Source of the DNA: an uncultured delta proteobacterium
Lineage (GTDB): Bacteria; Desulfobacterota; Syntrophobacteria; BM002
Assembly: GCA_963712115.1 (NCBI GenBank)
Contig: CAVQGX010000032.1
Span: 64,001 to 128,000, forward strand
Direction of reading: 5' to 3'
Length of the DNA stretch: 64,000 nucleotides
Of this stretch, positions 36,322 to 46,068 are shown one piece after another (the stretch's first letter is position 1; every line of letters starts with the position of its first letter). A program made the position numbers and the translations under genes. The notes beneath the pieces were generated by a model. The model worked only from the letters and a program-made list of their open reading frames with translations. It was not told where the DNA came from and ran no database searches.

Positions 36322-39300
36322 ATGCACATTAAACAGCTTGAACTCTTCGGATTTAAGTCTTTCGTCGACAAAGCCACCGTCACCTTCTCCACCGGGATTT
36401 GTGCGGTAGTAGGACCCAATGGTTGTGGCAAAAGCAACATTGTCGACGCTATTCGCTGGGTTTTAGGAGAACAAAGCGCCAAACAGCTCCGTGGCAAACT
36501 CATGGAGGAGGTCATCTTCGGCGGAGCAAATGGGCGCCCGTCACTGAATTTTACTGAAGTGTCACTTGTTCTCTCCAATGAGGACGGCAAGGCGCCCCCA
36601 CCTTACCACGAACACACCGAGATCATGGTTACCCGTCGCCTTTTTCGTTCAGGAGAAAGCGAATATCTCATAAACAAAATACCTTGCCGCAGAATGGACA
36701 TTAGTAGACTGTTCATGGATGTGGGTGTTGGGCATCGTCACTACGCAATTATCGAACAAGGAAAGATTAGTACAGTAGTAGAGTCCAAGCCAGAAGACAT
36801 TCGCGCTCTTATTGAGGAAGCTGCAGGGATCACCAAGTTTAAAATAAAGAAGAAAGCCGCTCTCCGGAAAATTGAGCTTACTAGGCAAAACCTTCTCCGC
36901 CTTGGTGACATCATCGCCGAAGTTTCACGCCATCTTTCGAGCCTTAAACGTCAGGCCCAGAGGGCAAACCGTTACCGAACCCTTAAAAAAGAAATAAAAC
37001 AAATTGAAATCACCCGAGCCCTGCATCGCTATGGACAATACAACCAGGACTTAAAGCGTCTGGAGCAAGATCTCAGCTCCTTCAACGACCGGCAAGCTGA
37101 GCGGGCGGCTAAATTGGGGAGGTTGGACGCTGAACTGACAGACCGTTCCACCCAGATGCACGAAATAGGTGAAAATTTAAGGCAACGAAGAGAAGCACTG
37201 TTTCAGATCAAGAACTCGATCGGCAGCGACGAAAACAGCCTCCTCCACTTACAACGGCAAAGCCAAGAACTGAAGGAGAGACAACAGCGGTTGACCAAGG
37301 AGATCGAACAGCAGGAGGATCGCCGCAAGCACCTGGCTGAGGAAAGAGATCGACTCACTGAAAAACAGCGTGATTTGGCAGAGGAATGTTCTAAGGCAGA
37401 AGTTCTAGCCCATAAGCTAGAGGAGGAACTAAACCGAGAGAAGTCGCGTTTGAATCAGTTGACAGATGAGCTGGATCTTGGAAAAGGTGAACTTGTTGAT
37501 CTGCTAGGCGAGATGGCCCAGGTGCGCAATGCCCAAATGTCAATGCGCAAGCATCTCGAGGATCTTGATCGCCGTCAAAGCCGGCGCAAATCTGAATACC
37601 AGGAACTCAAGGAAAAGCATGACCGGTTGCAGCCACTGAGGGAAAGCCTTGAAAGCAAAAAGACAGCCATGGAGAGAAAACTTGATGCGCTTTCTGCTCA
37701 AGCTGACTCACTCAATAAGAAAAAGCAAGAACTTGATCAAGTCCGAGATGAATGCACCGAAGTTATAAATAGTCTGGAAAGCACCTACCACCAGCAACAC
37801 TCCCAACTGCAAGTTCTAGTGGAGATGGAGAGTTCCTATGCCTGGTTTAGTGATGCAGTTAGGGAACTGATGAACGCCCGTGATGAGGATGAGCTCAAGT
37901 GTAACATCAGGGGAGCAGTAGCAGAAATGCTGGAAGTAGATGCGAGCCATCGACAAGCGGTTGAGGCGGTTCTCGGCGGCCGTTTGCAGGCTTTGGTAGT
38001 GGATTCAGTCGGAGATGCTTGTGCTGCTTTGGAACACCTGAAGCGTACTGGCGCAGGCCGGAATCACTTCATTCCCCTATCGGTCACCAATCAAAATCCA
38101 AAGCATGGACCTAGCGGAGACGGTCCGGTACCGCTTGCCGGTTTAGTAAGGCCAAGGCCGGGATACGAGCAAGTCGTCAACCACCTGCTGTCCAAGGTCA
38201 TGTTCTGCGACGATCTAAAGCAGGCCCTATCCTGGTGGCAGTCCCATCCCAATGCTTTTGCCCTAGTAACCCCCGAAGGCGATTTGGTAGCCCAGGATGG
38301 AACCCTATGGGGGGGGAGCCCGGAGCAGCAAATAAGTATCTTGGAAAAACAAGAACAGAGAAAGGACCTTGAGGAAAAGGTTTCTAAGTCAGAGAGCAGA
38401 TTAAGCACGGAACGGTCCAAGTTCCGGGAGATAGAGGATCAACTTGCCCAGACAGCTTCTGAGCTCCAGTCAATTCAAGAGGACAAGCAGAAAGGTCGTG
38501 ATCAGATTCTTGAACAAGAAAAGGAACATTACCGTTTAGAGACAGAGGAACAGAGAATTACTGAGCGGCTTGCCATGCTGGACATGGAGAAAGACCACGA
38601 AGAAGAGGAGGTTTCTCATTTGCATGTCGAACTCAGCCAAAGCGAGCAGGAACTTGAGTCTTTAGAAAAAAGGCGACAAGAATTGGACGAAGACCTGGCA
38701 GAGACAAGACATGAACGACAAGAACTGGAAGGCACAGTGGACAATCTCCAAGAAAAGGCCACGGCTCAGCAGGTCTCAGTGGGGGCATTGACTGAGAAGC
38801 AAGAGGCAGCCCGCTCAAGTTACAAGCAGTTGGAAGAGTACTACGCTGAAACCCAACGGCGACTCGAACAACTTCGAGAGGAAAGGAAAAACTGCCAGCA
38901 GCAGATAGAACTGCTTTCGGAAGAAAGGGTTCAAATCCAAGAGCGCTTAGAGCTAGCGCAGAAGCAATTGTCGGAGCGAGAAGAAAGTCTAAGGGCTGAA
39001 GAGGATGAGTGGCGAAAATTTGAAGACCATCAGCACGGTCTTGAATCGCACAGACTCCAATTGATTAAAGAGGACAGAGAAAAGGAGCAAGGGATTCAGA
39101 ATCTGCGCCAAGAAATCACTGAACTCAAACTGAAGATTCAGTATCTCGTCCACCAGATTCAAGAGCATTACCATATGGATATCACCGCTGAACCCCCGCC
39201 CGACTTAGAAGAACCAGTGGATCTTGAAAAATTGGAATCGAAACTGCAGCGGCTCCGCGATCGGGTGGCACGGATTGGCGAGGTGAACTTGACAGCTATC

Positions 39301-39900
39301 GAAGAATACGAAGAACAGCACCAGCGCCACCAATTTCTCACCGGCCAGAGGGATGACCTGGTTCAGTCATTAGAGGGGTTGAATAAGGCCATATCACGCA
39401 TCAACCGAACCACCCGCAACCGCTTTCTAAAAACACTCGAAGCGGTAAATCGCAAGCTCGCTGAGGTTTTTCCTCTGCTTTTCAATGGAGGCACCGGCCA
39501 TTTGCAGTTGTCCTCCGACCGAGATCCCTTGGAGGCTGGCGTGGAAATCTTCGTACATCCTCCCGGCAAAAAGTTGACCAGCATGAGCCTGCTTTCCGGC
39601 GGAGAGAAGGCTCTGGCTGCAGGAGCACTCCTTTTTTCCCTATATATGATCAAACCCAGTCCTTTTTGTATTCTAGATGAGGTAGACGCCCCCCTGGATG
39701 ACGCCAACATAGACCGCTTCATCGAGGTGCTAAAAAAGATTAGCCAAGAGTCGCAAATTATCTTGGTTACGCACAACAAGAGAACTATGGAGATCTCAGA
39801 TATCCTTCTCGGTGTTACCATGGAAGAGCCCGGCATCTCCAAAATAATATCAGTCGATTTTCAAGGAATACCTGAAAGTTATGGCCAGATGGTTCAGTAG
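36322..39900 (+). CDS. smc: Chromosome segregation protein SMC
   Basis: GFKSF, GPNGCGKSN, coiled coils, hinge, LSGGEK, LDEVDAPLD. Confidence 0.98.
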   Translation: MHIKQLELFGFKSFVDKATVTFSTGICAVVGPNGCGKSNIVDAIRWVLGEQSAKQLRGKLMEEVIFGGANGRPSLNFTEVSLVLSNEDGKAPPPYHEHTEIMVTRRLFRSGESEYLINKIPCRRMDISRLFMDVGVGHRHYAIIEQGKISTVVESKPEDIRALIEEAAGITKFKIKKKAALRKIELTRQNLLRLGDIIAEVSRHLSSLKRQAQRANRYRTLKKEIKQIEITRALHRYGQYNQDLKRLEQDLSSFNDRQAERAAKLGRLDAELTDRSTQMHEIGENLRQRREALFQIKNSIGSDENSLLHLQRQSQELKERQQRLTKEIEQQEDRRKHLAEERDRLTEKQRDLAEECSKAEVLAHKLEEELNREKSRLNQLTDELDLGKGELVDLLGEMAQVRNAQMSMRKHLEDLDRRQSRRKSEYQELKEKHDRLQPLRESLESKKTAMERKLDALSAQADSLNKKKQELDQVRDECTEVINSLESTYHQQHSQLQVLVEMESSYAWFSDAVRELMNARDEDELKCNIRGAVAEMLEVDASHRQAVEAVLGGRLQALVVDSVGDACAALEHLKRTGAGRNHFIPLSVTNQNPKHGPSGDGPVPLAGLVRPRPGYEQVVNHLLSKVMFCDDLKQALSWWQSHPNAFALVTPEGDLVAQDGTLWGGSPEQQISILEKQEQRKDLEEKVSKSESRLSTERSKFREIEDQLAQTASELQSIQEDKQKGRDQILEQEKEHYRLETEEQRITERLAMLDMEKDHEEEEVSHLHVELSQSEQELESLEKRRQELDEDLAETRHERQELEGTVDNLQEKATAQQVSVGALTEKQEAARSSYKQLEEYYAETQRRLEQLREERKNCQQQIELLSEERVQIQERLELAQKQLSEREESLRAEEDEWRKFEDHQHGLESHRLQLIKEDREKEQGIQNLRQEITELKLKIQYLVHQIQEHYHMDITAEPPPDLEEPVDLEKLESKLQRLRDRVARIGEVNLTAIEEYEEQHQRHQFLTGQRDDLVQSLEGLNKAISRINRTTRNRFLKTLEAVNRKLAEVFPLLFNGGTGHLQLSSDRDPLEAGVEIFVHPPGKKLTSMSLLSGGEKALAAGALLFSLYMIKPSPFCILDEVDAPLDDANIDRFIEVLKKISQESQIILVTHNKRTMEISDILLGVTMEEPGISKIISVDFQGIPESYGQMVQ

Positions 39901-40939
39901 AAAGTCTAAAGACGACACACCTGAGAGTGGTAGCGAGAATGAAGCTGAGACCCAAAAGACGGTTTTGTCCTCAGCCAAAACCGCAGATTTACCACCTCAC
40001 AAGTCTTCAGAGGCAGACCCTGAGAAACCTTCAGGGTTTTTTACTTATATGCGTTCCCGTCTGCGGAAAACGCGACAGGCTTTCATCGGGCAACTCGACC
40101 GTATCCTTCTCGGCAAAAAGGAAATTGACCAAGATGTACTGGAGGAATTGGAAGAGGTGTTGATTACCTCGGATCTCGGGGTTGAAACCACCCAAAGACT
40201 GATTGCCTCTTTGGAAGAGAAACTGCATAAGAATGAGCTCACCGATACTGATCGCTTGCTTAGTCACCTGAAAGAGGAAATCCGTCGCTTTTTGAAGGTT
40301 GAGGCACCCCCCCTGGACGTTAAAGTCCACAAGCCTTTCGTGGTCATGGCCGTTGGTGTGAATGGTGTCGGCAAAACAACAACCCTCGCCAAACTAGCCG
40401 CTCACTTCCAGGAGGCAGGCTTGCGGGTGATGCTGGTTGCAGCCGATACCTTTAGGGCTGCGGCAATAGAACAGCTTATGCGCTGGGCCGAACGGGTGGG
40501 TGCGGATTTGATCAAACAGAGCAGTGGTGCTGACCCCGCTGCAGTAGTTTACGATGCCATAACTGCGGCTCAGGCCCGTGGTGTGGACGTGGTGTTGATA
40601 GATACGGCGGGCCGTCTTCACACCAAAGTGAATCTCATGGAGGAACTCAAAAAGGTTAAGCGGGTCATTACCAGACTAATGGACACTGCGCCCCATGAGG
40701 TTTTATTGATTCTTGACGCCACAACAGGACAGAATGCAATCTCCCAAACACGTCTATTCCAACAGGAACTGGGAGTCTCAGGGCTGGTTCTCACCAAATT
40801 GGACGGCACTGCCAAGGGTGGCATCGTTGTGGGAGTTTGTCAGGAATTTCAAATTCCTATTCGTTTTATCGGCCTGGGTGAGGGATTGGCTGACCTCAAG
40901 GAATTCGACTCCGAACAGTTCGTAGAAGCTCTTTTCTGA
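39881..40939 (+). CDS. ftsY: Signal recognition particle receptor
   Basis: GVNGVGKTTT, DTFRAAA, DTAGR, TKLDGTAKGG. Confidence 0.98.
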   Translation: MARWFSRKSKDDTPESGSENEAETQKTVLSSAKTADLPPHKSSEADPEKPSGFFTYMRSRLRKTRQAFIGQLDRILLGKKEIDQDVLEELEEVLITSDLGVETTQRLIASLEEKLHKNELTDTDRLLSHLKEEIRRFLKVEAPPLDVKVHKPFVVMAVGVNGVGKTTTLAKLAAHFQEAGLRVMLVAADTFRAAAIEQLMRWAERVGADLIKQSSGADPAAVVYDAITAAQARGVDVVLIDTAGRLHTKVNLMEELKKVKRVITRLMDTAPHEVLLILDATTGQNAISQTRLFQQELGVSGLVLTKLDGTAKGGIVVGVCQEFQIPIRFIGLGEGLADLKEFDSEQFVEALF

Positions 40940-41010
40940 CCCGGTTCTTCCCTCCAATTTATTCCCCTGATCTGCAGTAGATCTATTTTCCCTTTCTCTG
41001 AAGCCCTTTA

Positions 41011-41190
41011 GCCCGGATGTTTCATGAATTGATGTCGCGAGACCATGAAGATGGGCGTGCCACTGGGTGACCGCAGGGTGTTGGTTCCGAGGCGTACGCG
41101 AGCGGTACGTCGCAGGAGCCGACACCCGAGGACGCCCAGAAGGACGGCCATATCCAGGGTCGCAGTAAGCGATTCATGAAACATCCGGGT
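41011..41190 (+). mobile_element. Family A element, copy 2 (180 bp)
   Basis: TIR cccggatgtttcatgaat / attcatgaaacatccggg; TA on both flanks. Confidence 0.9.
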
Positions 41191-41311
41191 TAGGCCATAC
41201 TTTTTCTTTAAAACCATAGACAAAAAGAATTACCATGGTTAAACTGATATTTCATTTCTTGTTCACAACCATAAAATACACAACAGTAATATTCACTTAC
41301 AGGATAGTTTC

Positions 41312-42592
41312 ATGAAAGACGTTCTAGCCTTTGTTATGGCAGGTGGTAGAGGGGAAAGGCTTATGCCACTCACAGAGGACCGTACTAAGCCTGCGGTTCC
41401 CTTTGGTGGAATTTATCGACTTATAGATTTGCCCTTGAGTAACTGTGTCAATTCGCAAATATACAAGATCATAGTTTTGCCCCAGTACAAGTCCCAGTCC
41501 CTCCACGATCATCTGGAAGACGGTTGGAACATATTCAATCGGAAGCTAGGCCATTTTCTCAAGATCGTCTCCCCCCAGCAGCGGATAGGTCTCGACTGGT
41601 ATCGGGGTACCGCCGACTCCATTCGCCAGAATCGTTATCTCGTTGAGCGCCATGGGTCGAGCCATGTCTTGATTCTTTCAGGTGATCACATTTACAAGAT
41701 GGACTACAGCCAATTTCTCAACTACCACAAAGAAAAGGAGGCCCATATTACCATCTCCCTTCTTGAGGTCGAAGCGGAACTGGCTTATCAGTTCGGCGTG
41801 GCCGAAGTGGATGAAGAATTTCGCATTCTTGGCTTTCAAGAGAAGCCCAAAAAAGACGCCAAAACCATTCCTGGCGATCCCAACCATATCCTCGCCTCTA
41901 TGGGCATTTACATCTTTCAGACCGAGGTTCTCATTGAAATATTAAAATCCGGCAATGAAGACGACTTCGGCCGTGACATAATTCCTAAATTACTGGATTC
42001 TTACCGGATCTATGCCTATCCTTACCGAAAGCAGAATAAGATTGAAGACTATATCTACGTGACCATGGAGGAGGGCGAACGGAGGTTGCAACTAGAGCCA
42101 CATACCCGAGATTCTGCCTATTGGCGTGACGTGGGCAACCTGGATGCCTATTGGAACGCCAACATGGATCTCACCGGAGTGGATCCTTATTTCAATCTTT
42201 ACGGGCAAAAGTGGCCCATTCACACCTATCAGGTTGCAGCGCCGCCCGCTAAGTTTGTATTTGCTACCGAACGGCTCGACGATTTTCGGGTGGGTAAAGC
42301 CCTTGATTCCCTGGTCGCTCCTGGTTGCATTGTTAGTGGCATAGTGCGAAACTCTGTACTGTCTCCCAACGTCATAGTTCGGAGTTGGGCTCAAATTGAC
42401 GAGTCAGTCATCATGAATAGAGTGGTGATAGGGCGACATTGTAAGATCAAAAAAGCGATTATTGATAAAAACAACTTAATCCCAGCCAAAACCACAATCG
42501 GCTACAACCCGAGCGAAGACCGAAAGCGTTTCACCGTGACCCCAAGGGGTATCGTGGTGGTACCGAAAGGGTATTTTAGGGAGGAGGAATGA
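41312..42592 (+). CDS. glgC: Glucose-1-phosphate adenylyltransferase
   Basis: AGGRGERLMPLT, KPAVPFGG, WYRGTAD, SGDHIYKMDY, YWRDVG. Confidence 0.96.
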   Translation: MKDVLAFVMAGGRGERLMPLTEDRTKPAVPFGGIYRLIDLPLSNCVNSQIYKIIVLPQYKSQSLHDHLEDGWNIFNRKLGHFLKIVSPQQRIGLDWYRGTADSIRQNRYLVERHGSSHVLILSGDHIYKMDYSQFLNYHKEKEAHITISLLEVEAELAYQFGVAEVDEEFRILGFQEKPKKDAKTIPGDPNHILASMGIYIFQTEVLIEILKSGNEDDFGRDIIPKLLDSYRIYAYPYRKQNKIEDYIYVTMEEGERRLQLEPHTRDSAYWRDVGNLDAYWNANMDLTGVDPYFNLYGQKWPIHTYQVAAPPAKFVFATERLDDFRVGKALDSLVAPGCIVSGIVRNSVLSPNVIVRSWAQIDESVIMNRVVIGRHCKIKKAIIDKNNLIPAKTTIGYNPSEDRKRFTVTPRGIVVVPKGYFREEE

Positions 42593-43485
42593 ACCCCCTC
42601 TCACTACCCTATGGTCTCTTGCAGATCTTTATCTGCTTCCTGTGGGGCGCAAATCTAGTAAGTATTCGAATAAGCAATCAGGGTATCCCACCTATGCTGG
42701 CCGCTGCCAGCAGGTCAGTAATAGCTGGCTGTTTGTTATGGTTCTATGCCAGTTTAAATGGGTTGTCCTTGTCTCTAGAGCGAAAGGACATAATCCACGG
42801 GATCATCATTGGCTGTCTTTTTGGAACTGAATTTCTCTTCATTTATTGGGGTTTGGCCTTCACCACCGCTTCCAGGTCGGTAATCTTTCTCTACACTCAT
42901 CCGTTCTGGGTAGCCCTGGGAGCACACTTCGTCTTGAAGGATGACCGTCTCACCCCTAGAAAGATAGCTGGTTTGTTTCTTGCCTTCGCCGGTATCGTAT
43001 CTGTCTTCCGAAGCCATTCCGAGCAATTGCCCAGCGGTTATTGGATAGGGGATCTCATGGAATTGGCAGCCGCTTTCTTCTGGGCGAGCACTACACTCTA
43101 TATAAAAAGAATGTCCCAAACCCGACACATCACCCACTATCAGACTCTTTTCGCTCAGCTCCTCTACTCCATCCCAATCTTGGCTGCCGGTTGGGTTATA
43201 TTTGAGAAGCTAGACGGCCCGAACCTCAATGCGCTGGTGCTGACTGCCTTTGCCTATCAGTGCCTCGTGGTTGCTTTCTTCAGTTACATTCTGTGGTTCT
43301 GGATGATCAGCCGCTTCTCGGTTAGCGTGCTGACAGCATTCACCTTCTTTGCCCCTCTTTTTGGCACGGTTTTGGGGGCAGTCGTTTTATCTGAGCCGGT
43401 AACCCCGATGGTTTGGATCGGGATGGCTCTCGTGGGTGGAGGAATATACTTGGTAAATCGTCTGCCCAAGACCAGGAATAATTAG
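42589..43485 (+). CDS. DMT/EamA family transporter
   Basis: About 10 TM segments, LWGAN, two EamA repeats. Confidence 0.88.
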   Translation: MNPLSLPYGLLQIFICFLWGANLVSIRISNQGIPPMLAAASRSVIAGCLLWFYASLNGLSLSLERKDIIHGIIIGCLFGTEFLFIYWGLAFTTASRSVIFLYTHPFWVALGAHFVLKDDRLTPRKIAGLFLAFAGIVSVFRSHSEQLPSGYWIGDLMELAAAFFWASTTLYIKRMSQTRHITHYQTLFAQLLYSIPILAAGWVIFEKLDGPNLNALVLTAFAYQCLVVAFFSYILWFWMISRFSVSVLTAFTFFAPLFGTVLGAVVLSEPVTPMVWIGMALVGGGIYLVNRLPKTRNN

Positions 43486-43694
43486 TTCTTCCCATAGTGT
43501 GGAAGTCTGCCTCCAGAGGACAGATAATAACTGCTATTCTTTTTACAATATTAATATTACACGTTAACTATATTAATATTTTATCTATTATTATAGCAGC
43601 TTAATAAATCTTTACTGCTTTTCCGTAAAGTTCTATCCTAATGGGGGTCTAGGCTTTTCGCAGAGTAGAATTTAGCTGTAGTAAAGAAGTCGGG

Positions 43695-45158
43695 CTAGGA
43701 ATTTAACGGTGGGCGGCGGTGGTGGAAATCGGTATTCTGCTCCAAGTTGTAGGCCACTTGCAGCGCCAAACCCTCCTCGAAATGCGGAGCCATTATCTGC
43801 AAGCCAATGGGTAACCCCTCACTGGTAAATCCGCATGGAACAGAAATGCCTGGAATGCCGGCCAGACTGGCTGGCAGGGTAAAGACATCGGAGAGATACA
43901 TCTGCAATGGGTCGTCCACCTTCTCCCCCAGCGGGAATGCCGCAGTAGGTGCCACCGGAGTAACCAGCACCTGGCACTGTTTAAAAACTTCCAGGAAATC
44001 TTGGCGGATCAGGGTGCGCACCTGCAAGGCTTTCTTGTAATAGGCGTCGTAGTAGCCAGCTGACAACACATAGGTTCCAAGCATGATTCTCCTTTTTACC
44101 TCGGCGCCAAAACCCTCCGATCGGCTTCTTCGGTACATCTCCATTAGGGTCTTGCCTTCCTTGTCGCGATGGCCGTATTTCACCCCGTCGTAGCGTGCTA
44201 GGTTGGAACTGGCTTCTGCCGGAGCGATGATGTAGTAGGCTGCTACCCCATATTCGGTATGGGGAAGGGAGACCTCGATGGACTTTGCACCCAGCCCCTC
44301 CAAGGTCCTGATACCATCCCGGACAGCCTGCTCCACCTCCGGATCCAGCCCTTCGAGGAAGTACTCACGGGGGATTCCAAAGGTGATGCCATTCAGTCCT
44401 TGCACCAGGCTCTGGGCGTAGTCCGGAACCTCCTTGGGAACTGAGGTAGAATCACCCTGATCATAACCTGCGATTACCTGCAACAGCAAAGCAGCGTCTC
44501 TGACATCTTTGGTAATGGGACCGATTTGATCGAGGGAAGAGGCAAAGGCCACTAAGCCATATCGGGACACACGCCCATAAGTAGGCTTAAAACCTACCAC
44601 CCCGCAATGTGAGGCAGGCTGTCGTATTGACCCTCCTGTATCCGATCCTACAGCTGCTATGCACTCATCTGCTGCTACAGCTGCTGCTGAACCGCCGCTG
44701 GAACCACCCGGTATGTATTTCAGATTCCAAGGGTTTCGCGTCGGCCCGAAAGCCGAATTCTCATTTGAGGATCCCATGGCAAATTCGTCCATGTTGGTTT
44801 TACCCAAAAGGATACCACCCGCCTCTTTAAGCTTCAGAGCAACGGTGGCGTCGTAGGGTGGCACAAAATTGGCCAGGATGTTTGAACCGCAACTGGTGCG
44901 AATTCCCTTGGTACAGATCACATCCTTCACGGCCAATGGCACTCCGGCCAGAGGTTTTGTCTTATCGTCAAAACCCCGTTTATCCCAGCCTCGTGCCTCC
45001 TCCATTGCCATCTCTTCAGCAAGGGATAAATAGGCAGCAACCATGGGCTCCAACTTCTTGATCCGTTCGTAGATGGAACCTGTCACCTCTGCCGCGGTAG
45101 TCTCTCCCTGATCCAATAGTTTACGAAGTTCGTGTATTGTCAATTCATATAGCTGCAT
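43695..45158 (-). CDS. gatA: Asp/Glu-tRNA amidotransferase subunit A
   Basis: [46 protein letters not shown]. Confidence 0.98.
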   Translation of the reverse strand: MQLYELTIHELRKLLDQGETTAAEVTGSIYERIKKLEPMVAAYLSLAEEMAMEEARGWDKRGFDDKTKPLAGVPLAVKDVICTKGIRTSCGSNILANFVPPYDATVALKLKEAGGILLGKTNMDEFAMGSSNENSAFGPTRNPWNLKYIPGGSSGGSAAAVAADECIAAVGSDTGGSIRQPASHCGVVGFKPTYGRVSRYGLVAFASSLDQIGPITKDVRDAALLLQVIAGYDQGDSTSVPKEVPDYAQSLVQGLNGITFGIPREYFLEGLDPEVEQAVRDGIRTLEGLGAKSIEVSLPHTEYGVAAYYIIAPAEASSNLARYDGVKYGHRDKEGKTLMEMYRRSRSEGFGAEVKRRIMLGTYVLSAGYYDAYYKKALQVRTLIRQDFLEVFKQCQVLVTPVAPTAAFPLGEKVDDPLQMYLSDVFTLPASLAGIPGISVPCGFTSEGLPIGLQIMAPHFEEGLALQVAYNLEQNTDFHHRRPPLNS

Positions 45159-45220
45159 GGTTAGCCTCTACCACACGGTGTAACTAAAGTATGGCGAATC
45201 GCTCCCGGATCATCGACTAT

Positions 45221-45418
45221 GCACTAAGCACTAGGCACTTATAATAAGAAAATTTAACCGCTTGAAATAAAAAGTTGAATTATTCCCTTATTAGAAATTA
45301 CTTTAAATAAATTATTTGAAAATTGGAGACTTAAGCTGGACATTCGGAACCTGGATCGTTGAGCTTCTAACTGGTCTTCTTGAGTAGTGCTTAGTGGTTA
45401 TTCCCAAGTGCATAGTGG
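45221..45418. repeat. Heptamer-periodic inverted repeat with AT-rich core between gatC and gatA
   Basis: gcactaa gcactag gcact ... agtgctt agtggtt ... agtgcat agtg. Confidence 0.6.
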
Positions 45419-45440
45419 GCAAGGCCCCAATCCCTTTGCC

Positions 45441-45725
45441 CTAAATGACCCGGGGTACGACAAACTGCGCCTCATTTGCCTCTGGAGCATTGTCAAGTGT
45501 TTGCTCTCTGGGCAAAGACTCCTTGACAGCATCAGCCCGAAAAGCGTTGTGCAGATCAACCACGTGAGAGGTAGGATCGACCCCCATGGTATCCAGCTCG
45601 TTGAGCTTTTCCATATAGAGCAAAATCTTGTTCATCTGCTCTGTGAGGTTCTCTTTCTCCTCGGAGCTGATCTGCAAACGAGCAAGTCGCGCAACGTGTT
45701 CTACCTCTGCAATCGTAATTTTCAT
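45441..45725 (-). CDS. gatC: Asp/Glu-tRNA amidotransferase subunit C
   Basis: VEHVARLARL, KLNELDT, NAP....FVVPRVI. Confidence 0.96.
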   Translation of the reverse strand: MKITIAEVEHVARLARLQISSEEKENLTEQMNKILLYMEKLNELDTMGVDPTSHVVDLHNAFRADAVKESLPREQTLDNAPEANEAQFVVPRVI

Positions 45726-45747
45726 TTATATTTACCCAATATGTCAA

Positions 45748-46016
45748 ATGCCTAAAATGTCTAAAGTGAGGTAAAGTGCCTAAAATTTCTAAAGAACTAA
45801 AGATGTGGGATGTGCGATGTGGGAAAACCGGTTGAGCAAATTAGCCTAGCAGAACTCTCATATCCCTTATCTCATATCCACACATCCCATATCTTTAAAT
45901 TTCGCAATTCGAAATTGTCCTTCGGACTCCCACCCTTCGGGCGGGTTCCCGGTTTCGCAATTTAAAATTATAATCTCTGACCTCTTAGTTCTGCCGGCTG
46001 TCTGCTGTCTGCTGCC
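45748..46016. repeat. Cluster of stacked short-period repeats (9-mer tgcctaaaa; 7-mers gatgtgg/tctcata, ttcgcaa, ctgtctg)
   Basis: Read directly in the intergenic region upstream of gatC. Confidence 0.7.
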
Positions 46017-46068
46017 CGCCGCGCCCCCGAGTCTCCGCATGATCGCGTCTTTCAACAGGCACTACTCC

